A program made the translations under genes and the position numbers. Positions 1-8,451 of a DNA stretch of 64,000 nt are shown here, piece by piece. Source of the stretch: a virus; IMG/VR virus record IMGVR_UViG_3300017763_000003. One strand, written 5' to 3'. Below the pieces are notes generated by a model that saw only the letters and a list, made by a program, of their open reading frames with translations, was not told the origin of the DNA and did not search any database. Positions within the stretch are counted from its first letter, which is position 1. The number at the start of each line of letters is the position of its first letter.

Positions 1-130
1 TGGTGAAAGCTACACATATTAGAAAATAAAGTAGCCACTTCACTGAGTTGCTTATTTCATAAGTTTAACTCCTCTATCTGAGAGTCATGCGTTCGGTTTT
101 GGTAGTTTCCGAATTAACAAAAAACTACCA
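1..130 (+). ncRNA. Candidate structured RNA (possibly 5'-truncated by the window) ending in an H-type pseudoknot
   Basis: Stems 3-7/39-43, 9-13/31-35, 45-55/59-71, 72-75/81-84; pseudoknot S1 91-96/109-114 and S2 100-108/122-130. Confidence 0.5.
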
Positions 131-147
131 CTTGACTAACTTCCAAT

Positions 148-462
148 ATGAAAGGATACACAATGGAAGAATTGGTTTTTGAAATGGAAAGTGGCTTGGT
201 TAATTATATCATAATTCTTACTTTTTCACTTTTATTTTTTATACTAGGATGGGCAATGCCAAGAGGTAGTGCCTTAAAAAGACTCCAAGGTAAAATCTTC
301 AAAAGGTTTTATAATTGGACAGGAGCAGTAATGGTTAAGTTCCATAATTTCTTCGCTGATGAAGAATTTTATTTGGAGCATGTATGGCAAGATACTAAGG
401 ACTATGTGCGTAAAAAATATGGATACGAAAAGAAAAAAACTAAAACTACGAAAAAGAAATAA
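148..462 (+). CDS. Hypothetical membrane protein
   Basis: One hydrophobic segment, Lys-rich C-terminus, TAATG coupling to the next gene. Confidence 0.75.
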   Translation: MKGYTMEELVFEMESGLVNYIIILTFSLLFFILGWAMPRGSALKRLQGKIFKRFYNWTGAVMVKFHNFFADEEFYLEHVWQDTKDYVRKKYGYEKKKTKTTKKK

Positions 463-1250
463 TGTTTAGACCACCATATCATGTAGAGTTGAAGGATGTT
501 CCATTCCCATTGACTGAAGCAGAACTTGCTAAACAGATAGCAAGGTATGATAAAGAAAGTGGCGACTGGGCAAAACGCAGAGAAGATTTAATACCTGACC
601 AATGGTACACTGATAAATCTTCATACTCATACGCAGCATATGGTTTCGTAGCAAATCTATGGATTAAACATTTTAACTTCAATCCTGAGTTTCTAAAATG
701 GTTAGATAGAAATATGATGGCACCTGCTTTGGTGGGTACTATATTTGTATCTCCTCCAGGATATTCACTCAGACCACACATAGATTATGTCGATTATAAT
801 ATCAATTATTATTGGCGATTAAACTTCCCTGTAAATTTAGATGAAAACGCAGATAAAAGTATGGCATTCTGGGATCCTCGTGACTGTAATATGGAACGCA
901 GGAATAAAATCAGACACCCAAAGATGCCATATACTGAAATAAATTTAATAGAGTTTGATGACGAAACTAGACCTAAAGTAAAGAAACACTTTGATACCCA
1001 GATGGGTAAATGCTCACTTATATGTGTGGGTGGACCTGACTGTGCTCATAGTATGATTTATGATGGCGAAAAAGAATCCTATACTATTTCTATTGACTTT
1101 AGAGATAAACGAACTGGTTCAAGGATACATGATTGGAAAGCGATAGAAAAAAGAATGGGACATTTATTTGTAAAAGATGACAAACCATCTCCTATCTCAG
1201 CATGGGTAAAAGAAGATGGTGAGTTTGGATGGAGTAGAGATATAACATGA
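462..1250 (+). CDS. Cupin/Fe(II)-2OG-type oxygenase-like protein
   Basis: PPGYSLRPHID (HxD), RLNFP, distal AHSM, TISIDF; paralogous to the next ORF. Confidence 0.6.
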   Translation: MFRPPYHVELKDVPFPLTEAELAKQIARYDKESGDWAKRREDLIPDQWYTDKSSYSYAAYGFVANLWIKHFNFNPEFLKWLDRNMMAPALVGTIFVSPPGYSLRPHIDYVDYNINYYWRLNFPVNLDENADKSMAFWDPRDCNMERRNKIRHPKMPYTEINLIEFDDETRPKVKKHFDTQMGKCSLICVGGPDCAHSMIYDGEKESYTISIDFRDKRTGSRIHDWKAIEKRMGHLFVKDDKPSPISAWVKEDGEFGWSRDIT

Positions 1251-2275
1251 AACACGAACCTTACTACATGTCGTTGAAGGATACACTTGAACGACCTATT
1301 ACTAACGAAGACCTACATCAAATATTAGCACCACTAAGAGAAAATCCAGCACGAGGTAATATATGTGTAAGGAATAGTTGGTTTCGTATTGAGATGATGA
1401 AACAATGGAGAGACATGATGCTTATGCCATATGGCTGTAGTATATTTCGTGCTCATCCATATTATCGTATGTCTCCCCACTGCGATTCTCCAGCAAGACC
1501 GAACTGGGGAAGAGTGACTTGGGCATTCGAAGAGGTAAGTCCTGGAATATATGAACCATGGCGACCTGATGAAGAAGAAACTTCTATCATGACATACTGG
1601 GATGCGAGTGAAGCTGAACAGTGGGACTCTGATATGTGTAATGTATCAGGCGATCCTGAAAAAGATTTAACTTATATTATACCAAGAGAAAGAATACTTC
1701 CTGGATATCAAGGCAATCTAAAAGAAGAATTAAGTTTTCAAATGTCATATCCTGGATTAATTAATGTGGGACAACCACACTCAGTATGGCATAACTCTCC
1801 TAAAACTAGAATCGCAATATCTATTGAATTTATGAATAGAAAAGGTGAGTTTGAAGGATGGGATAAATTAGCTAAAACTTTAGATCGATTCGGTTATGCT
1901 GATATGGAAACTGATAATAGAACAGTAAAATATGGGTCACGATTACATAATGGTTTATTTTCGTGCCTATATAATAAAGAGACTAATGAAGATGTTCCCG
2001 AAACTGTATTTGATGGAGAGCAACTAAAAGATAAATTAGAAAAACATCTAGGCACTAATGCTAAAGGTATGTCTTGGGATGAAGCAGAAGATGTTTATCT
2101 ATCAAATCGATTACTTGGTAGAGGACAAGAGCAAGGAAAGATGTTGAAGGAACAAGGACTAGGTTATGATGACTTCTTAGAAAAACCTGGAGTTCCTTTT
2201 AAATTAGTATTCGGTAATGTAATGCAAAGTCTAATAAACATAGAGGATGAGTACAGAAAAAAATATCCTAAATGA
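1247..2275 (+). CDS. Cupin/Fe(II)-2OG-type oxygenase-like protein with C-terminal extension
   Basis: MSPHCD (HxD), NVGQPHSVWHNSPKTRIAISI (distal His and Arg). Confidence 0.65.
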   Translation: MKHEPYYMSLKDTLERPITNEDLHQILAPLRENPARGNICVRNSWFRIEMMKQWRDMMLMPYGCSIFRAHPYYRMSPHCDSPARPNWGRVTWAFEEVSPGIYEPWRPDEEETSIMTYWDASEAEQWDSDMCNVSGDPEKDLTYIIPRERILPGYQGNLKEELSFQMSYPGLINVGQPHSVWHNSPKTRIAISIEFMNRKGEFEGWDKLAKTLDRFGYADMETDNRTVKYGSRLHNGLFSCLYNKETNEDVPETVFDGEQLKDKLEKHLGTNAKGMSWDEAEDVYLSNRLLGRGQEQGKMLKEQGLGYDDFLEKPGVPFKLVFGNVMQSLINIEDEYRKKYPK

Positions 2276-2553
2276 AAACATTTATAATTTTGACAGCACT
2301 GTTATGGTATGAAGGCATTGGTACAGTACAAACTGACTTTACCTCTATATCATTTTCTAGTCATGAAGAGTGTCAAGAATATGTGTTTAATAACAAAGTA
2401 GATCTCATAGATGGATTATTAGAAAAGCATCGTATGAAAAATGATAAAGTATTCGGTATGGTAGAACTTAGAAGTTTCGAGTTATTTTGCGAGACTAAGT
2501 ATATACTAGAGGAAGAAGATAAAGAAGAATCTAAATATTTAATGGAGTTATAA
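2272..2553 (+). CDS. Hypothetical exported protein
   Basis: N-terminal hydrophobic signal, two Cys, ATGA overlap. Confidence 0.7.
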   Translation: MKTFIILTALLWYEGIGTVQTDFTSISFSSHEECQEYVFNNKVDLIDGLLEKHRMKNDKVFGMVELRSFELFCETKYILEEEDKEESKYLMEL

Positions 2554-2554
2554 T

Positions 2555-3757
2555 ATGAAACCTGTGCATGTAGTTGGTTATGGTATGAGCGATGCTCTCG
2601 GCATCACTCCCGAAGAATGTTTCACAAAAATGCTAGACGAGAATGATTACTCTCGTGAAATCCCTGGCATGGCAAAACAAGTAGAAGAAATTTTCCACTT
2701 AGTAATTCATCGTGGTGCTATGCATGATGAAGATCGTATAGTTATGCCTGAAGGGTTTGACAAAAAGATGTGGCGAAGTATGACCAATGCTCAAAAGATG
2801 ATGAGTAGTACTACTGAGTCAGCTATGCAGATGGCTGGTATAGAACGCAGTCCTAAAGTAGCAACCCTTGCCAGTACAGTTTCAAATGATACTGAAGGAA
2901 TCGATGTGTACTTTGAATATATTAAGTACATGAAACGAGGTAATGCTCGTAGAGCAGTAAATAGGATTCCTGATATGGGATGTATGCATATTACATCTTA
3001 CTATGGCTTCAAAGGTTTATCAACTGCTACATTCGCATCTTGTGCTACTGGTATGGTCAATATAGATTATGCTATGAGATTAGTAGATGAGTATGACTAT
3101 GTTATCTGTACTGCTGGTGACTGTGCTAACTTCCCTATGGGTATTAAATACTTTGCTTGTTTAGGAGCATTAGCAAACTGGTCAATGCCCTTTGATGATA
3201 GACGACAAGGTTTCTTGATGGGCGATGGTGGAGCATGTATGATTTTACAATCAGAAGAAAAGATGAAAGAGTTTGGAAGTAAATCATATGCTAAATTACA
3301 CAAAGCAGGTATGGCAAGTGACGCAGTAGATATGGTAAACCCAGAAGGAACTGGTACTCGTACTTCTATGCAAGATGCTTTAAGTCATGCTGGTTTAGAT
3401 AAAGTTGATTATGTATGTACTCATGGTACAAGTACTATCGCTGGTGACCCAATCGAATATGAAGCAGTCACTGAAATTATGCCAGGAACTAAAATGTGGG
3501 CACCGAAAAGTAAAATCGGTCATACACTTGCAGCATCTGGTATTCTTGAAGGATGTTATGCTATTGAAAGTATGAGACAAGGCTGGGTTCCACATATTCA
3601 AAATTTAGAACAATCAAGTATAGATGTACATGGTACTCTAGTTCGTGAGAATGAAATGTACTCAAACCAACTTCGTACTCGTACGATGCTAAATAATTCG
3701 TTTGGCTTTGGTGGTAAATGTATGTCGCAAGTAATAGAGGTGAACTTAGATGACTGA
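2555..3757 (+). CDS. fabF: Beta-ketoacyl-ACP synthase (FabF/FabB-type ketosynthase)
   Basis: Catalytic Cys ASCATG, PFDDRRQGFLMGDG, THGTST, KSKIGHTLAASG, NSFGFGG; Cys-His-His triad intact. Confidence 0.9.
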   Translation: MKPVHVVGYGMSDALGITPEECFTKMLDENDYSREIPGMAKQVEEIFHLVIHRGAMHDEDRIVMPEGFDKKMWRSMTNAQKMMSSTTESAMQMAGIERSPKVATLASTVSNDTEGIDVYFEYIKYMKRGNARRAVNRIPDMGCMHITSYYGFKGLSTATFASCATGMVNIDYAMRLVDEYDYVICTAGDCANFPMGIKYFACLGALANWSMPFDDRRQGFLMGDGGACMILQSEEKMKEFGSKSYAKLHKAGMASDAVDMVNPEGTGTRTSMQDALSHAGLDKVDYVCTHGTSTIAGDPIEYEAVTEIMPGTKMWAPKSKIGHTLAASGILEGCYAIESMRQGWVPHIQNLEQSSIDVHGTLVRENEMYSNQLRTRTMLNNSFGFGGKCMSQVIEVNLDD

Positions 3758-4040
3758 AGAACAAATGGATATGTTTGGCGATCCTACTGATAAGAAAAGG
3801 ATATTGGAACTTGAAGCAGAAGTAAAAAACTTGAGACAGGCATACGATGTATTGGCTCAAGAATATGAGAAACTATCAGACCAAGTACCAACTGCAATGA
3901 AAGATATACGAACTGAACCACTTTACACAAACGAAGTGGTTAATGCTGAAACTGGACAACGAAGAAGAGTCCCCACTAGAAAACTGGCAGACTGGGAAGA
4001 AGCTGGTGTACCAAAGGAGCAAATACATGGCTGGGATTGA
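3750..4040 (+). CDS. Hypothetical coiled-coil protein
   Basis: SD GAGG, overlap-coupled ORF, heptad pattern. Confidence 0.7.
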   Translation: MTEEQMDMFGDPTDKKRILELEAEVKNLRQAYDVLAQEYEKLSDQVPTAMKDIRTEPLYTNEVVNAETGQRRRVPTRKLADWEEAGVPKEQIHGWD

Positions 4041-4446
4041 TAACATGGCTGGAATAAGTAAATTATTTGAAAGTAAAAAACCATTTGATATGGTAAAGGA
4101 ATGGATGGAAATAGCAGGTCAACAAGCACCATCTGAAGAACTTGCCGATACTGGTTTTAATCAACAAGCAGAACTATATGCTAATCTAATTGATGAAGAA
4201 TTTAATGAATTCATGGCAGCATATGGAATGAAAGATGAAGTCGAACAGCTTGATGCTGTATGCGACTTAATCTGGGTTGCTGCTGGATATGCTCACTCGA
4301 AAGGGTGGGATTTAACTAAAGCATTCGCAGAAGTTGGTCGTTCCAACTACTCAAAAACACCCTTCACAAAGGATGAATCTACAGGAAAAGTGACTAAAAG
4401 TAAGAATTTTTCACCACCTAATCTTAAAAAGTTTATAAGTAATTGA
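4027..4446 (+). CDS. MazG-like / all-alpha NTP pyrophosphohydrolase
   Basis: LIDEEFNEF...EQLDAVCDLIWV...EVGRSNYSK...GKVTK; start placed at the ATG after SD AAGGAG. Confidence 0.85.
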   Translation: MAGIDNMAGISKLFESKKPFDMVKEWMEIAGQQAPSEELADTGFNQQAELYANLIDEEFNEFMAAYGMKDEVEQLDAVCDLIWVAAGYAHSKGWDLTKAFAEVGRSNYSKTPFTKDESTGKVTKSKNFSPPNLKKFISN

Positions 4447-4516
4447 TTTTTAATAACTTTTTAATCTAAAAAAATAGACGATTTTACTTGACATTTGTCT
4501 AAAAATGGAGTAGAAT
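4436..4516 (+). promoter_or_regulatory. Sigma70-type early promoter with upstream IHF-consensus site
   Basis: TAAGTAATTGATT 4436-4448; TTGACA 4488-4493, 17 bp, TAGAAT 4511-4516. Confidence 0.85.
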
Positions 4517-4522
4517 TACTGT

Positions 4523-5047
4523 ATGATTAAAGATAATAAAATAATATATGTCGATATGGATGGTGTATTAGCCAACTTTGACGACTATTACTTCAGAAAT
4601 GGAAGGCACTCTTTTATATATGAAGAGTTCCGTGATGAAGTTATGCAGAATAAACTATTTACCAAACTTCCTAGAATGGTAAACATGGATGAATTGATGG
4701 ATTCTACTAGACAGATTGCTGAAAAGCATGGTTATGAAATCCAAATTTTATCTAGTGTTCATACATTATATGATGACCAGTTTGCTGAAAGTTGCAAACA
4801 AAAAAGGTTATGGTTGTTAGAAAATGGTTTGGGTGACTTGGTCACTAATTTCGTGAAAGGTAGAACTGAAAAAGGAACTTTCGGTAAAGATGGTGACATC
4901 TTAATTGATGACCAACTTACTTGTGTTCATTACTTTAACGATAATGGTGGTGTTGGTATCGGTCATAAAAATGTACTTGATACTCTCACTTTATTACAAA
5001 AGGTTATCGCCGATAGACATTTACAAGAGGTGGCAGTTGCCAGTTAA
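4523..5047 (+). CDS. HAD-family 5'(3')-deoxyribonucleotidase-like protein
   Basis: IYVDMDGVLANF, ILSS, K, ILIDD motifs. Confidence 0.85.
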   Translation: MIKDNKIIYVDMDGVLANFDDYYFRNGRHSFIYEEFRDEVMQNKLFTKLPRMVNMDELMDSTRQIAEKHGYEIQILSSVHTLYDDQFAESCKQKRLWLLENGLGDLVTNFVKGRTEKGTFGKDGDILIDDQLTCVHYFNDNGGVGIGHKNVLDTLTLLQKVIADRHLQEVAVAS

Positions 5048-5585
5048 AAAGCACGACGGAAATTTGTTTAAAGGCATATTTTCCCCAAGAATAAATCTCG
5101 CTGGTACTTATGCGAAGAATGCTCATATTGGGCAAAAGAGAAAGTACACTGGCGAGCCATACATCACACATCCTACAGCAGTTGCTGAATTATTAAGAAT
5201 TAATTACAAAGATACTACTGAGGATATGTACATGGCAGCATTATTGCATGATGTAGTTGAAGATACACCTGCATCACATGAAGAAATAGCACGATTCTTT
5301 GGCGACAAAGTTAGCGAACTGGTTAGAGGTTTGACTGATGTATCAAAGCCAGAAGATGGGAATCGTGCTACTAGAAAAGCAATGGATCGTGACCATCTTG
5401 CTCAAGGTAGTAAGGAAGTACAAACGATAAAAGTTTTTGACCTTATACATAATACTGAGTCTATAAAAGAACACGATCCTGAATTCTACAAAGTGTTCAA
5501 GTTAGAGAAACAAGATTTACTTAATGTGATGACTAAAGTAGATCCAGAAATTAAACAACTCGGATGGGAGAGTATAACCCCATAG
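5037..5585 (+). CDS. Stand-alone HD domain, SpoT/Mesh1-like (p)ppGpp-hydrolase family
   Basis: AHIGQKRKYTGEPYITHP...AALLHDVVEDT...IKVFDLIHN; TTG start after GAGGT is inferred. Confidence 0.85.
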   Translation: MPVKKHDGNLFKGIFSPRINLAGTYAKNAHIGQKRKYTGEPYITHPTAVAELLRINYKDTTEDMYMAALLHDVVEDTPASHEEIARFFGDKVSELVRGLTDVSKPEDGNRATRKAMDRDHLAQGSKEVQTIKVFDLIHNTESIKEHDPEFYKVFKLEKQDLLNVMTKVDPEIKQLGWESITP

Positions 5586-5591
5586 GATAAA

Positions 5592-6029
5592 ATGAGAGAA
5601 GGAATAACTGCTTTCCTAGTCGGAAGTATAGGATTGTTTTGGATATTGAACTTAGCATACGCCAACGCAGATGTCAAAGGATATACTGATGTTCATGGAT
5701 GCCAAGGTGAGTGTCTTGAAGAATACCATAATAAGTTTGGTACATTTACTGAGCAACTTGAAGCAAAGCGAGTAGCGATGCAATCAGAAACACCAGCTGA
5801 TAGAGGTGCTAAGAAATATGTTAATTGTAATATGTGTCATGGTATGAATGGCGAGGGTGGTATTGGTCCAAAATTATCTGGATCTACATCGATTGTTAAG
5901 ATGCTAGAGCAATATAAAGCTGGGGAAACTAGAGGTGCCCAGTCAGCATTAATGTGGGGACAGGCAGCAAACCTGTCAACTCAGGATATGGAAGACTTAC
6001 AGGCATATATTGATGGATTTGACATTTAA
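5592..6029 (+). CDS. Class I c-type cytochrome (c553/c4-like), exported or membrane-anchored
   Basis: N-terminal signal/TM, CNMCH haem motif, GPKLSG, axial Met in ALMWGQAANLS. Confidence 0.9.
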   Translation: MREGITAFLVGSIGLFWILNLAYANADVKGYTDVHGCQGECLEEYHNKFGTFTEQLEAKRVAMQSETPADRGAKKYVNCNMCHGMNGEGGIGPKLSGSTSIVKMLEQYKAGETRGAQSALMWGQAANLSTQDMEDLQAYIDGFDI

Positions 6030-6047
6030 GTTTTTATTAATTAGAAT
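6019..6047 (+). promoter_or_regulatory. Sigma70-type promoter
   Basis: TTGACA 6019-6024, 17 bp, TAGAAT 6042-6047. Confidence 0.8.
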
Positions 6048-6053
6048 TATAAC

Positions 6054-6215
6054 ATGATTATGACTATATTAGATAGTTTAATAGTTATCGGATTGATTAC
6101 TATTTGTGGTGCTATCGCTTGGGTAGATGTTGAAATGCGTCTAGATAAACGAAAGAAACGCAAAGAAGCTAGAAAACAATTTGAAGAATCTATTGATATA
6201 TCTACAGATGAATAG
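6054..6215 (+). CDS. Small membrane protein (53 aa, not in ORF track)
   Basis: MIMTILDSLIVIGLITICGAIAWVDVEMRLDKRKKRKEAR...; TM followed by a basic tail; directly after the promoter. Confidence 0.65.
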   Translation: MIMTILDSLIVIGLITICGAIAWVDVEMRLDKRKKRKEARKQFEESIDISTDE

Positions 6216-6223
6216 GTGAAACT

Positions 6224-6436
6224 ATGAGTATTGAAGAAATACAAGGATATCTTGTAATACTAACCCCATTGGCTATGGCGATAGTTGCTATGAGCATTTT
6301 TACATTACAAGATAAAAGGATAAAAACTTATAGACTTGGTGAGATCGTAAAAGATAAAAACGCACCACCAAAAAAACAGAAAGGTGTGTTTGATATGCAG
6401 AAAACTGCGTCTTACACGGAAGGAGATAATACATGA
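6224..6436 (+). CDS. Small membrane protein
   Basis: TM helix, SD AGGTG, ATGA overlap with the next gene. Confidence 0.65.
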   Translation: MSIEEIQGYLVILTPLAMAIVAMSIFTLQDKRIKTYRLGEIVKDKNAPPKKQKGVFDMQKTASYTEGDNT

Positions 6437-7005
6437 ATATCTTTGCATTACATCAGCATCCTGTGGTTGCTGCGAAACAACATTGTGACAAACATGTTGT
6501 TAAAATGATACTAGAAACTGCCCAACTACTTTCTACTGCCCATCGTATGCTTGATGGCGAACTAACTAAACGACCATCGGTATCAGGTAAAACAGAAACT
6601 AAGTATTGGCTCATGGAAAATAGTAATATGGAAAATGTACTTTATCGTGCTACCATGATGAACCATCCTTGTGCTATATGGGTACGAGAAACTGATGCTA
6701 ATTATATGTGGGCATACAATTTATTTACTGCACTCTGCGATGAATATACGCATCGCTATGGTAGAGTACACAAAACTGATACACTACTGCGTGAAGCATT
6801 GATGTTTACACCCATAGCTATTAAACGACAGGGTCTAACACCATTTCCTCAAGCGATGCCTGAGGATGTGAAACATAATGATAGCATAGTTGCTTATCGT
6901 CAATACTATATTAAATACAAAGCAGACTTCGCTAAATGGACTAAGAGGGATGTTCCTACATGGTACGATGAAGTACACGGAACAAATGCTTGTTATGCCA
7001 GTTAA
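6433..7005 (+). CDS. Pyrimidine-dimer DNA glycosylase / endonuclease V-like
   Basis: MNIF...HCDKHVVKMILETAQLLSTAH, NHPCAIW, QAMP, AYRQYY, WTKR. Confidence 0.85.
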   Translation: MNIFALHQHPVVAAKQHCDKHVVKMILETAQLLSTAHRMLDGELTKRPSVSGKTETKYWLMENSNMENVLYRATMMNHPCAIWVRETDANYMWAYNLFTALCDEYTHRYGRVHKTDTLLREALMFTPIAIKRQGLTPFPQAMPEDVKHNDSIVAYRQYYIKYKADFAKWTKRDVPTWYDEVHGTNACYAS

Positions 7006-7642
7006 ATTAATATCATACTCGAAAGGACAAAATGGAGATTTATTACAGGAAGTTGCATATTGCGCAAGAGTATCTAATCCATCGAACCAAGCGAATGAAG
7101 AAACTTCTGAAAAGCTACTCAAATATTTGATGAAGCATAAACACTGGTCACCATTTGAAATGGTATCAGTATGTTTAGAAATTAAAACTACAAGAGATAT
7201 CGCTAGACAAATATTGAGACATAGAAGTTTTTCTTTCCAGGAATTTAGTCAAAGATATGCTGAAGCAAATGATTACACTACTCGTAAAGCTAGAGAGCAA
7301 GATAAAAAGAACAGACAAAACTCTACAGAGTTTGAAGATCGTGAGATTGTAGAATGGTTTAATATGCAACAGATGAAACTTATTAGAGGAGTAAAGGAAT
7401 TATATACAGAAGCACTCGGCAAAGGTATAGCCAAAGAACAAGCTAGAGCCATATTGCCTGAGGGTATGACTGAAAGTACCCTATATATGAATGGAACATT
7501 GCGTTCATGGATGCATTATATAGATCTAAGAACTGCAAATGGTACTCAAAAAGAACACATGGATATAGCTAGTGAATGTGCTGATGCTATTGAAGAAGTT
7601 TTTCCTATGATACAGGACTTTAATCATGATGAAGAAAATTAG
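6968..7642 (+). CDS. thyX: Flavin-dependent thymidylate synthase
   Basis: ARVS, HWSPFE, RQILRHRSFSFQEFSQRY, EQARAILP, LRSWMHYIDLR; start may be 6986 or 6995. Confidence 0.95.
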   Translation: MKYTEQMLVMPVKLISYSKGQNGDLLQEVAYCARVSNPSNQANEETSEKLLKYLMKHKHWSPFEMVSVCLEIKTTRDIARQILRHRSFSFQEFSQRYAEANDYTTRKAREQDKKNRQNSTEFEDREIVEWFNMQQMKLIRGVKELYTEALGKGIAKEQARAILPEGMTESTLYMNGTLRSWMHYIDLRTANGTQKEHMDIASECADAIEEVFPMIQDFNHDEEN

Positions 7643-7769
7643 TGAACAAATAGAAATATGTAAATGCCATTGGAAAACTATTTTTGTTGGTAGTTTTATC
7701 ATGCACTTTATGTTTGACTGGCTCATATTTGGATTTGGGGTATTACTAGGGATGCATATAGGACATTAA
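7626..7769 (+). CDS. Small His/Cys-containing membrane peptide (47 aa, not in ORF track)
   Basis: MMKKISEQIEICKCHWKTIFVGSFIMHFMFDWLIFGFGVLLGMHIGH; SD AGGA; fills the thyX-AOX gap. Confidence 0.65.
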   Translation: MMKKISEQIEICKCHWKTIFVGSFIMHFMFDWLIFGFGVLLGMHIGH

Positions 7770-7773
7770 ATGA

Positions 7774-8349
7774 ATGGGGGAAATAATTAAAGATAAGTTT
7801 GCGAAGAGCATGACTATGTTCTTTCGTTTCATAGCCGATACTTTTTTTGCTAAAAGGTATGGGCATCGTGCAGTCGTATTAGAAACTGTTGCTGCAGTTC
7901 CTGGAATGGTTGCTGGTGTTTGGCTACATATGAAATCTCTTCGTAAGATGAAGAGTGGCTTGGGTCCAAAGATTCGCGAGATGATGGATGAAGCTGAGAA
8001 TGAAAGAATGCATCTAATGATTTTTATTGATATCGCAAAACCATCATGGTTAGAACGATACATAGTTTTATTTGCTCAGTTTATTTTTATTATTTTTTAT
8101 TTACTACTATATATTTTCTTTCCTAAAACTGCTCATCGTATGACACATTATTTTGAAGAGGAAGCAGTAAAAAGTTATACACAATATTTACATATGGTAG
8201 AGTCTGGACAAACTGAAAATGTCGATGCACCACAGATAGCGATAGATTATTACAAATTAAAAAAGAGTGCGAAACTAACAGATGTAATTAAAAAGGTAAG
8301 GGCAGATGAAGAAAAACACTCGCAAGTCAATAAAAGATATTCGGAGTAG
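7774..8349 (+). CDS. aox: Alternative oxidase (ubiquinol oxidase, AOX)
   Basis: RYGHRAVVLETVAAVPGMV, EAENERMHL, YFEEEAVKSYT, RADEEKH: diiron ligands and conserved Tyr present. Confidence 0.95.
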   Translation: MGEIIKDKFAKSMTMFFRFIADTFFAKRYGHRAVVLETVAAVPGMVAGVWLHMKSLRKMKSGLGPKIREMMDEAENERMHLMIFIDIAKPSWLERYIVLFAQFIFIIFYLLLYIFFPKTAHRMTHYFEEEAVKSYTQYLHMVESGQTENVDAPQIAIDYYKLKKSAKLTDVIKKVRADEEKHSQVNKRYSE

Positions 8350-8443
8350 AGACCCTGTTGCCAAAGAACTACGCACACCCAAGTATAGAAGTCAGGTTGT
8401 GCCTAATAAAAAGAAACACTTACCACCGATAGAAGAGTTATAA
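8306..8443 (+). CDS. Small basic peptide with weak ArfA-like pattern (45 aa, not in ORF track)
   Basis: MKKNTRKSIKDIRSRDPVAKELRTPKYRSQVVPNKKKHLPPIEEL; SD AAGGG; overlaps the AOX end. Confidence 0.55.
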   Translation: MKKNTRKSIKDIRSRDPVAKELRTPKYRSQVVPNKKKHLPPIEEL

Positions 8444-8446
8444 ATA
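8439..8446 (+). promoter_or_regulatory. T4-type late promoter
   Basis: TATAAATA, 5 nt before ATG 8452. Confidence 0.75.
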
Positions 8447-8451
8447 TAGTA

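Noticed and set aside
1-130. tmRNA or tRNA call
   Set aside because: No T-arm, acceptor CCA context or tag frame visible; cannot be excluded without upstream sequence
4027-4062. MAGIDN-MAGISK short tandem duplication
   Set aside because: Real but only ~18 bp; most likely just gives alternative starts
4905-5036. Hydrophobic N-terminus of the HD protein
   Set aside because: Overlaps the HAD gene by 143 nt; TTG at 5037 has an SD
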